This document shows, piece by piece, positions 22,569 to 32,791 of a stretch of DNA of 64,000 nt (positions are counted from its first letter, which is position 1; each line of letters begins with the position of its first letter). The DNA comes from an uncultured Rivularia sp. GTDB taxonomy: Bacteria > Cyanobacteriota > Cyanobacteriia > Cyanobacteriales > Nostocaceae. Position numbers and translations under genes: made by a program. Under the pieces are notes generated by a model, which was not told where the DNA came from, made no database searches, and saw nothing but the letters and a program-made list of their open reading frames with translations. Location of the stretch: contig OY762007.1 in NCBI GenBank assembly GCA_963665115.1, positions 5,056,001-5,120,000 of the forward strand, given 5' to 3'.

Positions 22569-23195
22569 CTAACTGTTAACTGATAGCTGTTGCTTGGCAT
22601 AAATATTTTTCAGATGCTTCTTGACTGTATTGATAGTAATATAAAGTTCCTTAGCAATTTCTTGGTAAGAATAATTAGCCCGACGCAACAGCCATACTTG
22701 AGCTTCCCGCTCGGTTAAAGCGTATTTTCTCGCTTCTGAAATTGCCATGCTTTGATTGGTTTGTTTGCGATCTTCTAAGGTAACTATTAGGTAATCATTA
22801 TTGCTTTCATTCGCTTGTAACCATCGAGCGCGAACACGTATTTTTGCTTCGGATTGCGTGTTTATTTCTGACTCAATAGATATATTTTGACTGGGGAATA
22901 GTTGGCGGCTTTCGCTCAAAGACTGACAAATACGCCGAATTTCCGAAGGTACTTCACCTTTATCAATTGCTTCGGTTAATTCCTGACAAATACAGCGTGC
23001 GCGTTCGTTGGCATGAACTAACTCACCTTGCATCGTTAGTATAAAAATCCCGTCCACAAAGCTTTCAATTACAGCTTGCATCAGATGAAGTTTGGATGCA
23101 GGCTGTTTTTTTTCATATCTCGCTTTGTCTCCGTAAAATATATTTCTATTGGTAGATGTAATTTTTTGATGTTGCTCTAGAAGTGAAACATTCAT
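22569..23195 (-). CDS. LuxR-family HTH regulator with PAS-like N-terminus
   Basis: LTEREAQVWLL...SYQEIAKELYITINTVKKHLKNIYAK; DGIFILTMQGELVHAN. Confidence 0.88.
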   Translation of the reverse strand: MNVSLLEQHQKITSTNRNIFYGDKARYEKKQPASKLHLMQAVIESFVDGIFILTMQGELVHANERARCICQELTEAIDKGEVPSEIRRICQSLSESRQLFPSQNISIESEINTQSEAKIRVRARWLQANESNNDYLIVTLEDRKQTNQSMAISEARKYALTEREAQVWLLRRANYSYQEIAKELYITINTVKKHLKNIYAKQQLSVNS

Positions 23196-23410
23196 TGTTA
23201 ATCTCCTTTAAAATAGTAAAAAATATTCTTCGATCTAGCTATTAACAGCATTGTTATAAATCAGATTCTGTATTTGCAATGATTGAGCAGCAACCTTAAA
23301 GAAAGTATCGAAGTAAGTTAAGTTACAGTGAATAATACAGAATCTTCCTGAAGTAAGGTGAAGTTTTTCTTAAATTAAGCAAAATAATACGGTTAGCCGA
23401 TTCATAATGA

Positions 23411-24490
23411 ATGTATTGTTACTTTGCGTATGAGAGAAATTTACTAGGGAGTTCTGCGGTGAGGGATTTAGTCAGTATTGATGAGTTTTTTGGTGTAGAA
23501 CATCGGCGCAAGTATATTGCTCTTTTGAAAGGAAGAGTCGGTTTAACGCGCCGTCGGGCTGAATGTTTTGTGAAGCTATGGGCGTATTTATTACTCAAAC
23601 AGCACTCTGAGTTAGGAATTGTTAACGAACCTTTAAGCAAACTCGACTTACCTGAAGGTTTTGTTGCTTGTACTCACCGAGAAGCCAACGAACTATTTTA
23701 CGCACAAGAAGACAGAGGCAGCGAACGTGCTGCGGGAATGATGATTGATAAGTTGGTAGCTTTGGGGCTGATCGAAAAGGAATTTGATGGCAATAATATA
23801 TGTATTCGTATCTGCTCTACATTGACCGATCTTGATAAATCTACACAAGTTGCCCAACCAGCAGAGCTTGTCACCGATAACTTTAATCCCCGCACTGACA
23901 CTATACCCGTTGCCACTTTCTTAGCTCGTCAATACGATTGGATGAATAAAAAAACTACCGCTGCACCCCAGAGAATAGCTCGGAAACTGCGTACTTGGGC
24001 CAAACAATATTCTAAGGGGATGCGGGTTTTGCGTCGTTGCGATACTCAAGCACCCGTTGGTGTTTATATTCTTTATCCTGTAGCTTGCGAATCTGAGGAG
24101 AACTTTTTTCTACCTCCAAGTAAAAGTCTGCATATGAGTACTGCCTCTACAACCGATCCTTTTAATATTGCTTCCCCTGGAGATGAGGATTGCACTTCTC
24201 TTTTTATCCGCAGTTTTCAAATAGATTCTCAATATCTCCAGCACAGTAATCTATGTCAATTATTAGAGGATGCCCGACAAACTTTCATTACTATGCAAAC
24301 GGATTTTCCCAACCTTTGCGATTTGTATACCTTAACTATCCACCCATTCGCGCAAAGTTTGGCATTAGCAATGGGTTTTCAGAAAACTAGTCAAGATCCA
24401 CAGATGTCTCTTTATTGGATGTATATGGCGCTGGATAAGTATTTGACGCTTGATATCGAACAAGCAATATCAAATCTTAAGCTGGATTGA
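23411..24490 (+). CDS. Hypothetical protein (possible wHTH plus degenerate GNAT-like fold); start uncertain
   Basis: 359-aa ORF; SERAAGMMIDKLVALGLIEK helix-wing pattern; C-terminal LALAMGFQK resembles GNAT motif B. Confidence 0.6.
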   Translation: MYCYFAYERNLLGSSAVRDLVSIDEFFGVEHRRKYIALLKGRVGLTRRRAECFVKLWAYLLLKQHSELGIVNEPLSKLDLPEGFVACTHREANELFYAQEDRGSERAAGMMIDKLVALGLIEKEFDGNNICIRICSTLTDLDKSTQVAQPAELVTDNFNPRTDTIPVATFLARQYDWMNKKTTAAPQRIARKLRTWAKQYSKGMRVLRRCDTQAPVGVYILYPVACESEENFFLPPSKSLHMSTASTTDPFNIASPGDEDCTSLFIRSFQIDSQYLQHSNLCQLLEDARQTFITMQTDFPNLCDLYTLTIHPFAQSLALAMGFQKTSQDPQMSLYWMYMALDKYLTLDIEQAISNLKLD

Positions 24491-24634
24491 TGCAACTACT
24501 CTCTAATATATGAATTTAATTTATGAGAATTTATATCTTTTTGCAAATTCGCTGTAGTTGCTGCCTAGTAAGCCTTACAAGCAATCATGTTGTCTAATTT
24601 TGCAGCATTAACTACATTTATTTTATTAAAGGCC

Positions 24635-24663
24635 TTTACAAACCGAAATATTTCGTTTAGTAT
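24635..24663 (+). promoter_or_regulatory. psbA sigma70-type promoter
   Basis: -35 TTTACA (24635-40), 17-bp spacer, -10 TAGTAT (24658-63). Confidence 0.7.
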
Positions 24664-24720
24664 AAGTACATAGGTTGAAAGGCCTAGTAAATCATTCATT
24701 TGATAGCAATTATCCGAACC

Positions 24721-25803
24721 ATGACAACCACATTACAAAGACGCGAGAGCGCCTCTGCATGGGAACAGTTCTGCGGATGGATCACCAGCACCAATAACCG
24801 TTTATACATCGGTTGGTTTGGTATGTTGATGATTCCTACCCTCTTAGCTGCTACCACCTGTTTCATCATCGCTTTTGTTGCAGCACCTCCTGTTGACATC
24901 GATGGTATCCGCGAGCCTGTTGCAGGTTCGTTGATCTACGGAAACAACATCATCTCCGGTGCTGTTGTTCCTTCTTCTAACGCTATTGGTTTGCACTTCT
25001 ACCCAATCTGGGAAGCAGCTTCTCTAGATGAGTGGTTGTATAACGGTGGTCCTTACCAGTTGGTATGTTTCCACTTCCTAATTGGCGTATTTTGCTACTT
25101 AGGTCGTGAGTGGGAATTATCTTACCGCTTGGGTATGCGTCCTTGGATCTGTGTTGCATTCAGTGCTCCAGTAGCAGCAGCAACCGCAGTATTCTTGATC
25201 TACCCAATTGGACAAGGTTCTTTCTCTGACGGTATGCCTTTAGGTATTTCTGGTACCTTTAACTTCATGTTCGTGTTCCAAGCTGAACACAACATTTTGA
25301 TGCACCCCTTCCACCAGTTAGGTGTTGCAGGTGTATTCGGCGGTTCCTTGTTCAGTGCAATGCACGGTTCTTTGGTAACAAGCTCCTTGGTACGTGAAAC
25401 AACCGAAACCGAGTCTCAGAACTACGGTTACAAATTCGGTCAAGAAGAAGAAACTTACAACATCGTAGCTGCACACGGTTACTTTGGTCGTTTGATCTTC
25501 CAATACGCTTCCTTCAACAACAGCCGTAGCTTGCACTTCTTCTTAGCAGCATGGCCTGTAGTCGGAATCTGGTTCACCGCTTTGGGAATCAGCACAATGG
25601 CGTTCAACTTGAACGGTTTCAACTTCAACCAGTCAGTAATCGATTCTAGCGGTAGAGTTGTAAACACCTGGGCTGATGTATTGAACAGAGCTAACTTGGG
25701 TATGGAAGTAATGCACGAAAGAAATGCACACAACTTCCCACTTGATTTAGCCGCTGGTGAAACCGCTCCTGTAGCAGTTAGCGCTCCCGCAATCAACGGT
25801 TAA
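24721..25803 (+). CDS. psbA: Photosystem II D1 protein (standard form, Q130)
   Basis: [10 protein letters not shown]..., [13 protein letters not shown]; Mn-cluster ligand region intact; PYQLV gives Gln130. Confidence 0.99.
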   Translation: MTTTLQRRESASAWEQFCGWITSTNNRLYIGWFGMLMIPTLLAATTCFIIAFVAAPPVDIDGIREPVAGSLIYGNNIISGAVVPSSNAIGLHFYPIWEAASLDEWLYNGGPYQLVCFHFLIGVFCYLGREWELSYRLGMRPWICVAFSAPVAAATAVFLIYPIGQGSFSDGMPLGISGTFNFMFVFQAEHNILMHPFHQLGVAGVFGGSLFSAMHGSLVTSSLVRETTETESQNYGYKFGQEEETYNIVAAHGYFGRLIFQYASFNNSRSLHFFLAAWPVVGIWFTALGISTMAFNLNGFNFNQSVIDSSGRVVNTWADVLNRANLGMEVMHERNAHNFPLDLAAGETAPVAVSAPAING

Positions 25804-25847
25804 AAATTTAATAATTTAGTTAAAATTTGAATAAGTTTTAGCTTGCA

Positions 25848-25883
25848 TAAAGCGCCTTCCCTTAACGGGGAGGGCGCTTTTTT
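25848..25883 (+). terminator. Rho-independent terminator of psbA
   Basis: AAAGCGCCTTCCC-TTAACG-GGGAGGGCGCTTTTTT stem-loop with U-tract. Confidence 0.85.
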
Positions 25884-25905
25884 GTTTTGGGGATTTTGTG
25901 GCTAA

Positions 25906-26560
25906 AAAGTAAAGCTGGCGGTTGAAACCGCTTCTACACAGGCAAAGTCCGGCTGCGCGGACTAAATATATATCGGAATTCTGCAATTTTATGGGTATTG
26001 CTTTAGATTAAGTTTTTGCAGAACTCTAAGGAATGTTTAGTATTTGTGTAACCCATTTTTTCGTAGAATTTATGGGCATCTTTACGAATAATGTTAGAAC
26101 GCAAACGAATTGTCTGACAATTATTAATTGCTGCCCACTCTTCAACTTGCTGCATCAGAAGACGAGCAATTCCATGCAGGCGGTAATTTGTATCTACAAC
26201 TAAGCCAAATACTAGCACCTGTGGTGAAATAATTATCAGATGACACTTATGAGCGTGAACCCAACCCACTACAAAATTATTCGGCAAAGTTGCGACGTAA
26301 AGAATATGGCTATCATCTTGTTGAAGCGAACAAAGGCGATGTTTAATATCTTCATCACTCGCAGAATATCCAAGTTGTTCGCATAAAATAGAAATTCTTT
26401 CGATATCTTCTAAACAAGCTGGTCGAATTATTATGGATTGATAATTTTCAGCAGTTTCGTGAGTCAATTTTTTATTGCTCCATCTTAGATTTCTATAAGA
26501 TAAAGTAAATCTGGCGGTTGAAACCGCTTCTACACAAACGAAGTCCAGCTGCGCGGACTA
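25906..26560. repeat. Two ~59-bp direct repeats (25906-25964, 26502-26560) of a double-hairpin REP-like element
   Basis: GGCGGTTGAAACCGCTTCTACACA..C(A/G)AAGTCC.GCTGCGCGGACTA in both; related copy inverted at ~29575-29625. Confidence 0.85.
26003..26467 (-). CDS. GNAT acetyltransferase
   Basis: LVVDTNYRLHGIARLLM motif A; AHKFYEKMGY motif B. Confidence 0.88.
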   Translation of the reverse strand: MTHETAENYQSIIIRPACLEDIERISILCEQLGYSASDEDIKHRLCSLQQDDSHILYVATLPNNFVVGWVHAHKCHLIIISPQVLVFGLVVDTNYRLHGIARLLMQQVEEWAAINNCQTIRLRSNIIRKDAHKFYEKMGYTNTKHSLEFCKNLI

Positions 26561-26710
26561 CATAGCACCAATCATCTAAAAAATCTGCATAAATACCAAA
26601 ACCATATCTCTAGTAATAGTTAAAGCAAAAATATATTCTGGTTATATGTGTCTTTTTGATTAGAACAACACATCGAGTAAAATACGTAAACTTAACTCCG
26701 CAACATCATC

Positions 26711-27799
26711 ATGGGTAATACTTTCGGTAATTTATTTCGCGTTACTACTTTCGGCGAATCTCACGGTGGTGGTGTGGGAGTGATAATTGATGGTTGTCCG
26801 CCGCAACTGGAAATTTCTGCCGAGGAGATTCAAGTAGAATTAGATAGAAGGCGACCTGGACAAAGTAAAATTACAACACCTCGTAAAGAAGCCGATCGCT
26901 GTGAAATTCTTTCGGGGGTGTTTCAGGGACAAACTTTAGGTACGCCAATTTCAATTTTGGTCAAGAATAAAGATACTCGTCCCCAAGATTACAGCGAAAT
27001 GGTGCAAATGTACCGCCCTTCCCACGCTGACGCTACTTATGATGCAAAATACGGCATTCGTAACTATCAAGGTGGTGGTAGATCCTCGGCGCGAGAGACA
27101 ATTGGCAGAGTCGCAGCAGGGGCGATCGCCAAAAAAATTCTCCATCAAGTTGCTGGTGTGGAAATCATCGGTTACGTCAAGCGCATCAAGGATTTGGAAG
27201 GCGAAGTTGATGCAGAAAAAGTTACTTTAGAACAAGTTGAAAGCAATATCGTCCGCTGCCCCGATACTGAATGTGCCGAGCGGATGATTGAATTAATCGA
27301 ACAAGTTGGTAGAGATGGTAATTCCATCGGTGGAGTAGTAGAATGCGTAGCGCGGAAAGTTCCGAAAGGATTGGGTGAACCAGTTTTTGATAAATTGGAA
27401 GCCGATATCGCTAAAGGTGTAATGTCCCTTCCCGCTAGTAAAGGCTTTGAAATTGGTTCTGGTTTCGCCGGAACTTTGCTTACCGGAATCGAACACAATG
27501 ACGAATTTTACACCGACGAAGAAGGTAATATTCGTACAGTGACGAATCGCTCTGGAGGAATTCAAGGCGGAATATCCAATGGCGAGAACATTATAATTCG
27601 CGTAGCATTCAAGCCCACGGCAACTATTAGAAAAGAACAAAATACAGTTACAAAAACGGGTGAATCTGGAGTTTTAGCTGCAAAAGGAAGACACGACCCC
27701 TGCGTATTACCACGGGCAGTTCCGATGGTGGAAGCTATGGTTGCTTTGGTATTGTGCGACCATTTATTGAGATTTCAAGGGCAGTGTAAAGTTTTATGA
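26711..27799 (+). CDS. aroC: Chorismate synthase
   Basis: [44 protein letters not shown]. Confidence 0.98.
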   Translation: MGNTFGNLFRVTTFGESHGGGVGVIIDGCPPQLEISAEEIQVELDRRRPGQSKITTPRKEADRCEILSGVFQGQTLGTPISILVKNKDTRPQDYSEMVQMYRPSHADATYDAKYGIRNYQGGGRSSARETIGRVAAGAIAKKILHQVAGVEIIGYVKRIKDLEGEVDAEKVTLEQVESNIVRCPDTECAERMIELIEQVGRDGNSIGGVVECVARKVPKGLGEPVFDKLEADIAKGVMSLPASKGFEIGSGFAGTLLTGIEHNDEFYTDEEGNIRTVTNRSGGIQGGISNGENIIIRVAFKPTATIRKEQNTVTKTGESGVLAAKGRHDPCVLPRAVPMVEAMVALVLCDHLLRFQGQCKVL

Positions 27800-27808
27800 A
27801 TAATACTG

Positions 27809-27884
27809 GTTCGTAGTAAGGACTTTAGTCCTCTTCGTAAACGGAAACACTGCTTAAGAGAGCGATAAATCGCTTACTACGAAC
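27809..27884. repeat. REPIN-like element GTTCGTAGTAAG...CTTACTACGAAC
   Basis: Terminal inverted repeats with internal small hairpins; related copy at ~41713-41781. Confidence 0.75.
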
Positions 27885-28959
27885 AAAGAATTTCTTCTTT
27901 AATTTCTTCAGGTGTTTTTCCTTTAGTATAAATTACCTGTTTTGCTAACTTATGATTTGAAGGATGAGTCATGAAAAAACGGTTGATTTCTACACCGTTG
28001 ATTGTAAGCTGATTTCGCTGTTTCAAAATATCAACCGACTCATCTAAATCTGAAGAAGGTAACAATAATACAACATTTTTATAGGGAGAAAGTAATTCAA
28101 CGGCGCGAGCAAAATCGGCATCATTTTCATACACAGAATGTCCCGCTCCAAAATCAATTACACAATTACTGTGTTCTGATAAAAGACGTTCAATTCCATA
28201 GAGTTCAAATCGCTTCCAATAGCGGTAAACTCCTGCAAAACCTTGTCGATCGCGTATTTGTTTTTGTGTATCGGCATCCCAACCAATTTCTTTATAATAT
28301 TCCCACCTAATGTCATCCATAGAAACTTGGGGAAGATTAAGTTTTTGCGATAAAAGTTTACCAATCGTGCTTTTACCCGTACCTTCCGGGCCAATTAAAA
28401 TAATATCAGAATCGCTGGGATTAATTTTACTCAGAACATCTTCACAGGTTTGCTCTGGTGTTTTATCTTTCGTGTAAATAACATACTTTGCTAAATCGTG
28501 ATTGGAATGATGTTTAACAAAATGTTCGTTAATTGGCATTCCATTAACTATCGCAGTATTACTTTCTTCAAGTACTCGTAATGACTCTTCTATATCGGAA
28601 GAATATACAAGCAAAATAACATGAGTTAATGGTTGTAGAATTTTTTCAATCTTTTCTAATTGAGAATCATCATATATAGATTGTTCGGGAGCAAATTCTA
28701 TTACAGATTCTTGATGTTCGGATAAAACTCGTTCAATTGCATAAGCATTAAATGGCATCATGTAGCGATAAAAGCCATCACCACCGTTTTCTTCCCAAGC
28801 TTGTTCTTGTTGCGTTCGATTAAAACCTATTTCCAGATAGTATTTCTCACTAATATCTTCTAAGAAAACAAAAGGTAAATTTAGTTGCTCTGCTAATAAC
28901 TTTCCTACAGAGGTTTTATATGTATTTGATGAACCTATAAGTACAATTGGTAAATTCAT
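27877..28959 (-). CDS. Tandem-duplicated shikimate-kinase-like P-loop protein
   Basis: Two homologous halves: IGSSNTYKTSVGKLL...HHSNHDLAKYVIYTKDKTPE and IGPEGTGKSTIGKLL...HPSNHKLAKQVIYTKGKTPE. Confidence 0.75.
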   Translation of the reverse strand: MNLPIVLIGSSNTYKTSVGKLLAEQLNLPFVFLEDISEKYYLEIGFNRTQQEQAWEENGGDGFYRYMMPFNAYAIERVLSEHQESVIEFAPEQSIYDDSQLEKIEKILQPLTHVILLVYSSDIEESLRVLEESNTAIVNGMPINEHFVKHHSNHDLAKYVIYTKDKTPEQTCEDVLSKINPSDSDIILIGPEGTGKSTIGKLLSQKLNLPQVSMDDIRWEYYKEIGWDADTQKQIRDRQGFAGVYRYWKRFELYGIERLLSEHSNCVIDFGAGHSVYENDADFARAVELLSPYKNVVLLLPSSDLDESVDILKQRNQLTINGVEINRFFMTHPSNHKLAKQVIYTKGKTPEEIKEEILCS

Positions 28960-29029
28960 TACTTAAATACCTTTTAATAAAACACGAAAATTTTTGATAA
29001 TAGATTGAATATTGTACCAAAGTAGCATT

Positions 29030-29410
29030 ATGGATAATAACTCACCCAAACTCAAAAATCTCAGTCCCCTAATTCCTGCTGGTAAAGATGTCGAAAAATC
29101 CATCGAATTCTACGAAAAATTGGGTTTTATGACAACTCATACAGAAGGTAAACCGCTAAAAATGGCGATTGTTGAACGGGATGACATACAAATTTTTCTC
29201 GTTCAAAATGACTATAAGCATCTTGCTGAGGAAATATCCTTGCGGATTCGAGTTGAAGGTATTGAACAGCTTTATGAAGAATTTTTAGCAAAGGGGGAAG
29301 ATATAATTCATCCCAACGGCAAACTAGAAGCTAAACCTTGGCGTTGCAAAGAATTTGTAGTTTTAGATAAAGCAGGTGTTTGTATTACCTTCTATGATTT
29401 TGTGAAGTGA
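29030..29410 (+). CDS. VOC/glyoxalase-bleomycin resistance family protein
   Basis: DVEKSIEFYEKLGF; KPWRCKEFVVLDKAGVCITF. Confidence 0.85.
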   Translation: MDNNSPKLKNLSPLIPAGKDVEKSIEFYEKLGFMTTHTEGKPLKMAIVERDDIQIFLVQNDYKHLAEEISLRIRVEGIEQLYEEFLAKGEDIIHPNGKLEAKPWRCKEFVVLDKAGVCITFYDFVK

Positions 29411-29708
29411 TGGATTAATTACGAATTACGACTTATTAATTTGCTTCACAAGTCATAGTAAAAGCTGCCCAATCTCTAGGTGCGGGATACGGATAAAAAA
29501 GCCGCAGAGACGCAGAGAGCGCAGAGGAAGAGATACAGAGAATTTAGGCAGTTTACACCCAAAAACGACCCATTCAACCCACTTAGGTGGGTTTTGTTTG
29601 TGTAGCTGCGGTTTCAACCGCCGGGTAAAACAATCCAAAATCGATACACCAGATACATTTATCTACTAACATGAAGAAATGTAAAGCACACTACCTCCAA
29701 AACAACCA

Positions 29709-29978
29709 ATGCTAATTGTAGGATTGCTCGCTGCAACTTTAACTACCACTGCTTTTTTGCCGCAGATGATCAAAACCTGGCAATCTAAGTCAGCGAATGA
29801 TGTTTCTTACGCCATGTTAATTACATTTATTATTGGTGTTTTTTTATGGTTGATATACGGAATTCTGAATCAGGATATCCCGGTTATTTTGGCTAATGCT
29901 TTTACTTTACTTTTTAACCTGGCAATTCTTTATCTTAAAATTAAATATGAAAAAACTCCCCAAACAAAACGCCTGTGA
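29709..29978 (+). CDS. SemiSWEET (PQ-loop) sugar transporter
   Basis: TTTAFLPQMIKTW..KSANDVS; WLIYGI...PVILAN; three TM helices. Confidence 0.9.
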   Translation: MLIVGLLAATLTTTAFLPQMIKTWQSKSANDVSYAMLITFIIGVFLWLIYGILNQDIPVILANAFTLLFNLAILYLKIKYEKTPQTKRL

Positions 29979-31610
29979 CATCCGATTTATTTGCTAAGGA
30001 ACGCCTTTTATTTACTCCCGCGACTCCCGATACCGATGCTATTCCCGTTATTTTTGCTTTTCCCAATGAATACACTGTGGGAATTACTAGCTTGGGTTAT
30101 CAGGTGGTGTGGGCTACTTTGGCGATGCGTGCGGATTTACAGGTGAGTCGCTTGTTTACCGATATCAGCGAAACTCTGCCCCGAAACCCGGAAATATTAG
30201 GTTTTTCGATGTCGTGGGAGTTGGATTATGTCAATATTATGAATTTGTTGGAATCTTTGGATATTCCGATTAGAGGGAGCGATCGCCAAAATAATCATCC
30301 TATAGTTTTTGGTGGTGGCCCCGGTTTTAACGGCTAATCCCGAACCTTATGCTGATTTTTTCGATGTGGTTTTGCTCGGAGATGGCGAAAATCTGTTAAA
30401 TGATTTTATTAATGCTTATAAAGAAGTTAGAAACGCGGATAGGGAAACCAAGTTAAAAGCACTTGCACAAGTACCGGGAATTTACGTACCTAGTTTGTAT
30501 GAAGTTGAGTATTTTAGTTTAGATGGTGCGATCAAATCTATCAAACCAATTTCATCAGATATTCCCGCAGAAGTACACAAGCAAACTTATCGTGGAAACA
30601 CTTTATCGGCATCTACGGTAGTAACAGAAAAAGCGGCTTGGGAAAACATTTTCATGGTGGAAGTAGTCAGAAGCTGTCCGGAAATGTGTCGTTTTTGTTT
30701 GGCAAGTTATCTCACTTTACCTTTTAGAACTGCCAGTTTAAATGATTCATTGATTCCGGCAATTGAAAGAGGTTTACAAGTAACAAATCGTTTGGGATTA
30801 TTAGGCGCTTCGGTAACTCAGCATCCCGAATTTGAGACTTTATTAGAATATATAAATCAGCCAAAATACGAAGATGTACGTTTAAGTATCGCTTCAGTGA
30901 GAACCAATACGGTGACAGAAGAATTAGCTAAAACATTGGCTCAAAGAGGAACTAAATCCTTGACAATTGCCGTGGAAAGTGGTTCGGAAAAAGTTAGAAA
31001 AATTATTAATAAAAAGCTTGAGCAAGAAGATATAATCAAAGCCGCAGAAAATGCTAAAAAAGGCGGATTGAAAGGTTTAAAACTTTATGGAATGGTAGGA
31101 ATTCCGGGTGAAACAGCAGAGGATTTAGATGCAACTGTAACGATGATGCAGAATCTTAAAAAAGCTGCTCCGGGATTGCGGCTTACTTTAGGATGCAGTA
31201 CTTTTGTACCCAAAGCCCATACACCTTTTCAATGGTTTGGAGTGAATAAAGAAGCAGAAAAACGATTGAAATTATTGCAGAAAAAGTTAAAGCCCCAAGG
31301 AATAGATTTTCGTCCGGAAAGCTACAACTGGTCGATAATTCAAACGCTGTTGTCAAGGGGAGATAGAAGATTATCCCGACTTTTGCAACTAACCCGCAAC
31401 TTTGGCGATTCTTTAGGTAGCTACAAACGTGCTTTCAAAGAACTAAAAGGACAAATTCCCCCCTTAGACTTTTACGTTTACGAAAATTGGTCAACCGAGC
31501 AAATATTACCTTGGAATCACTTGCAAGGACCGCTACCGCAATCTACACTGCAAAAGCATCTGAATGAAGCAGTTACCAGTTACCAGTTACCAGTTACCAG
31601 TTACCAGTAA
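29975..31610 (+). CDS. B12-binding-like radical SAM protein (extra C in run at 30319-30322)
   Basis: FPNEYTVGITSLG, GGGPVLTANPEP after correction, CPEMCRFC, FVPKAHTPFQW; joins ORFs 29975..30337 and 30309..31610. Confidence 0.88.
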
Positions 31611-31711
31611 AAAGTTAGGGAATTGAGCCGCAGGGCATGGTAAATAGTTAAGAGTTGGAAGTTATGATTTTTAACCTTTAACCTTTAACCTTTAACCTTT
31701 GACCTTTAATT

Positions 31712-31900
31712 ATGCAAAATACTGCACAATATTACTGTGCCTATTGCGGCGAACCAAATTTAACTTTTATTGATATTAGCCAGGGTTTTCAACAATCTTA
31801 TGTAGAAGATTGCCAAGTATGTTGTCGTCCAAACATTTTATATATACGGATTGATGAAGATACACTCGATATCGAAATTGATACAGACTACGAAGAGTAA
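31712..31900 (+). CDS. CPXCG-motif cysteine-rich (Zn ribbon) protein
   Basis: CAYCGE...YVEDCQVCCRP. Confidence 0.85.
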   Translation: MQNTAQYYCAYCGEPNLTFIDISQGFQQSYVEDCQVCCRPNILYIRIDEDTLDIEIDTDYEE

Positions 31901-31939
31901 ATAACTGATAATTGTTCATTGATAATTGCTCATTGATTA

Positions 31940-32383
31940 ATGTTGGATTTTAAACACTCCTCAATTATTAACGCACCTGTAGAAGTTGTTTGGAAGTTTC
32001 ACCAAAGGGCTGATGTTGTTAAACTTTTAATTCCACCTTGGCAATCAATACAAGTAATTCGTCGCGAGGGGGGATTTGGTATTGGTGCTAAAACGGAATT
32101 TCGCTTGTTCTTGGGACCGTTATCTATCACTTGGGTAGCCTGTCATACTCAAAGTGAAGAATATAGCTTTTTTATTGAAGAACAAACATCGGGACCTTTT
32201 GAATTCTGGCGACATCACCATAAGTTTGAATCAGAAAATGGTAAAACTCGATTAACTGATGAAATTACTTTTTCATTACCCGGTGGTGAATCGGTTGATT
32301 TCATGAGTGGTTGGTTGATGAAATCGCAGTTAGACGGAATGTTTCGTTATCGTCATCAAGTTACGAAACAAGAGTGTGAGTGA
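31940..32383 (+). CDS. SRPBCC/polyketide cyclase-fold protein
   Basis: INAPVEVVWKFH, GPFEFWRHHHKF, TRLTDEITF, MFRYRH. Confidence 0.85.
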   Translation: MLDFKHSSIINAPVEVVWKFHQRADVVKLLIPPWQSIQVIRREGGFGIGAKTEFRLFLGPLSITWVACHTQSEEYSFFIEEQTSGPFEFWRHHHKFESENGKTRLTDEITFSLPGGESVDFMSGWLMKSQLDGMFRYRHQVTKQECE

Positions 32384-32791
32384 GTTATCAATTAACAATT
32401 AACAATTGTGAAAATAGGACTTATAGTTGTAAATTGTAGAATCAAATATTACATCAACTATAAAACATTCACTGTTTCTTGTTTGAGGGTGATTGAACGT
32501 AACCTCACCTCATACAGAATTTGTATTAGACAGGGACAAAGTAATTGCAGTCCGAAGCGATAGTCTTCAAGGTGATGATAAAACTTACTTTTATTACATA
32601 TCTTACTAAAAAACGCTTTTTTAAATTAAAAGATAGAGTACTTTTCTGACTTTTTTTAAGTATTTATAACATTGATTTACTGTTAATATTTGACTTGACA
32701 CTTGATTACTTTGCGATTTTAGGATGTTGATGAATTATATTTCTCAACAAGAAGATCGCGATTATGTTTTTGAACTTATTGAGAGGAATCT

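Noticed and set aside
24721..25803. Atypical D1 (rogue, far-red or chlorophyll f synthase)
   Set aside because: Sequence has standard D1 ligands and C-terminus
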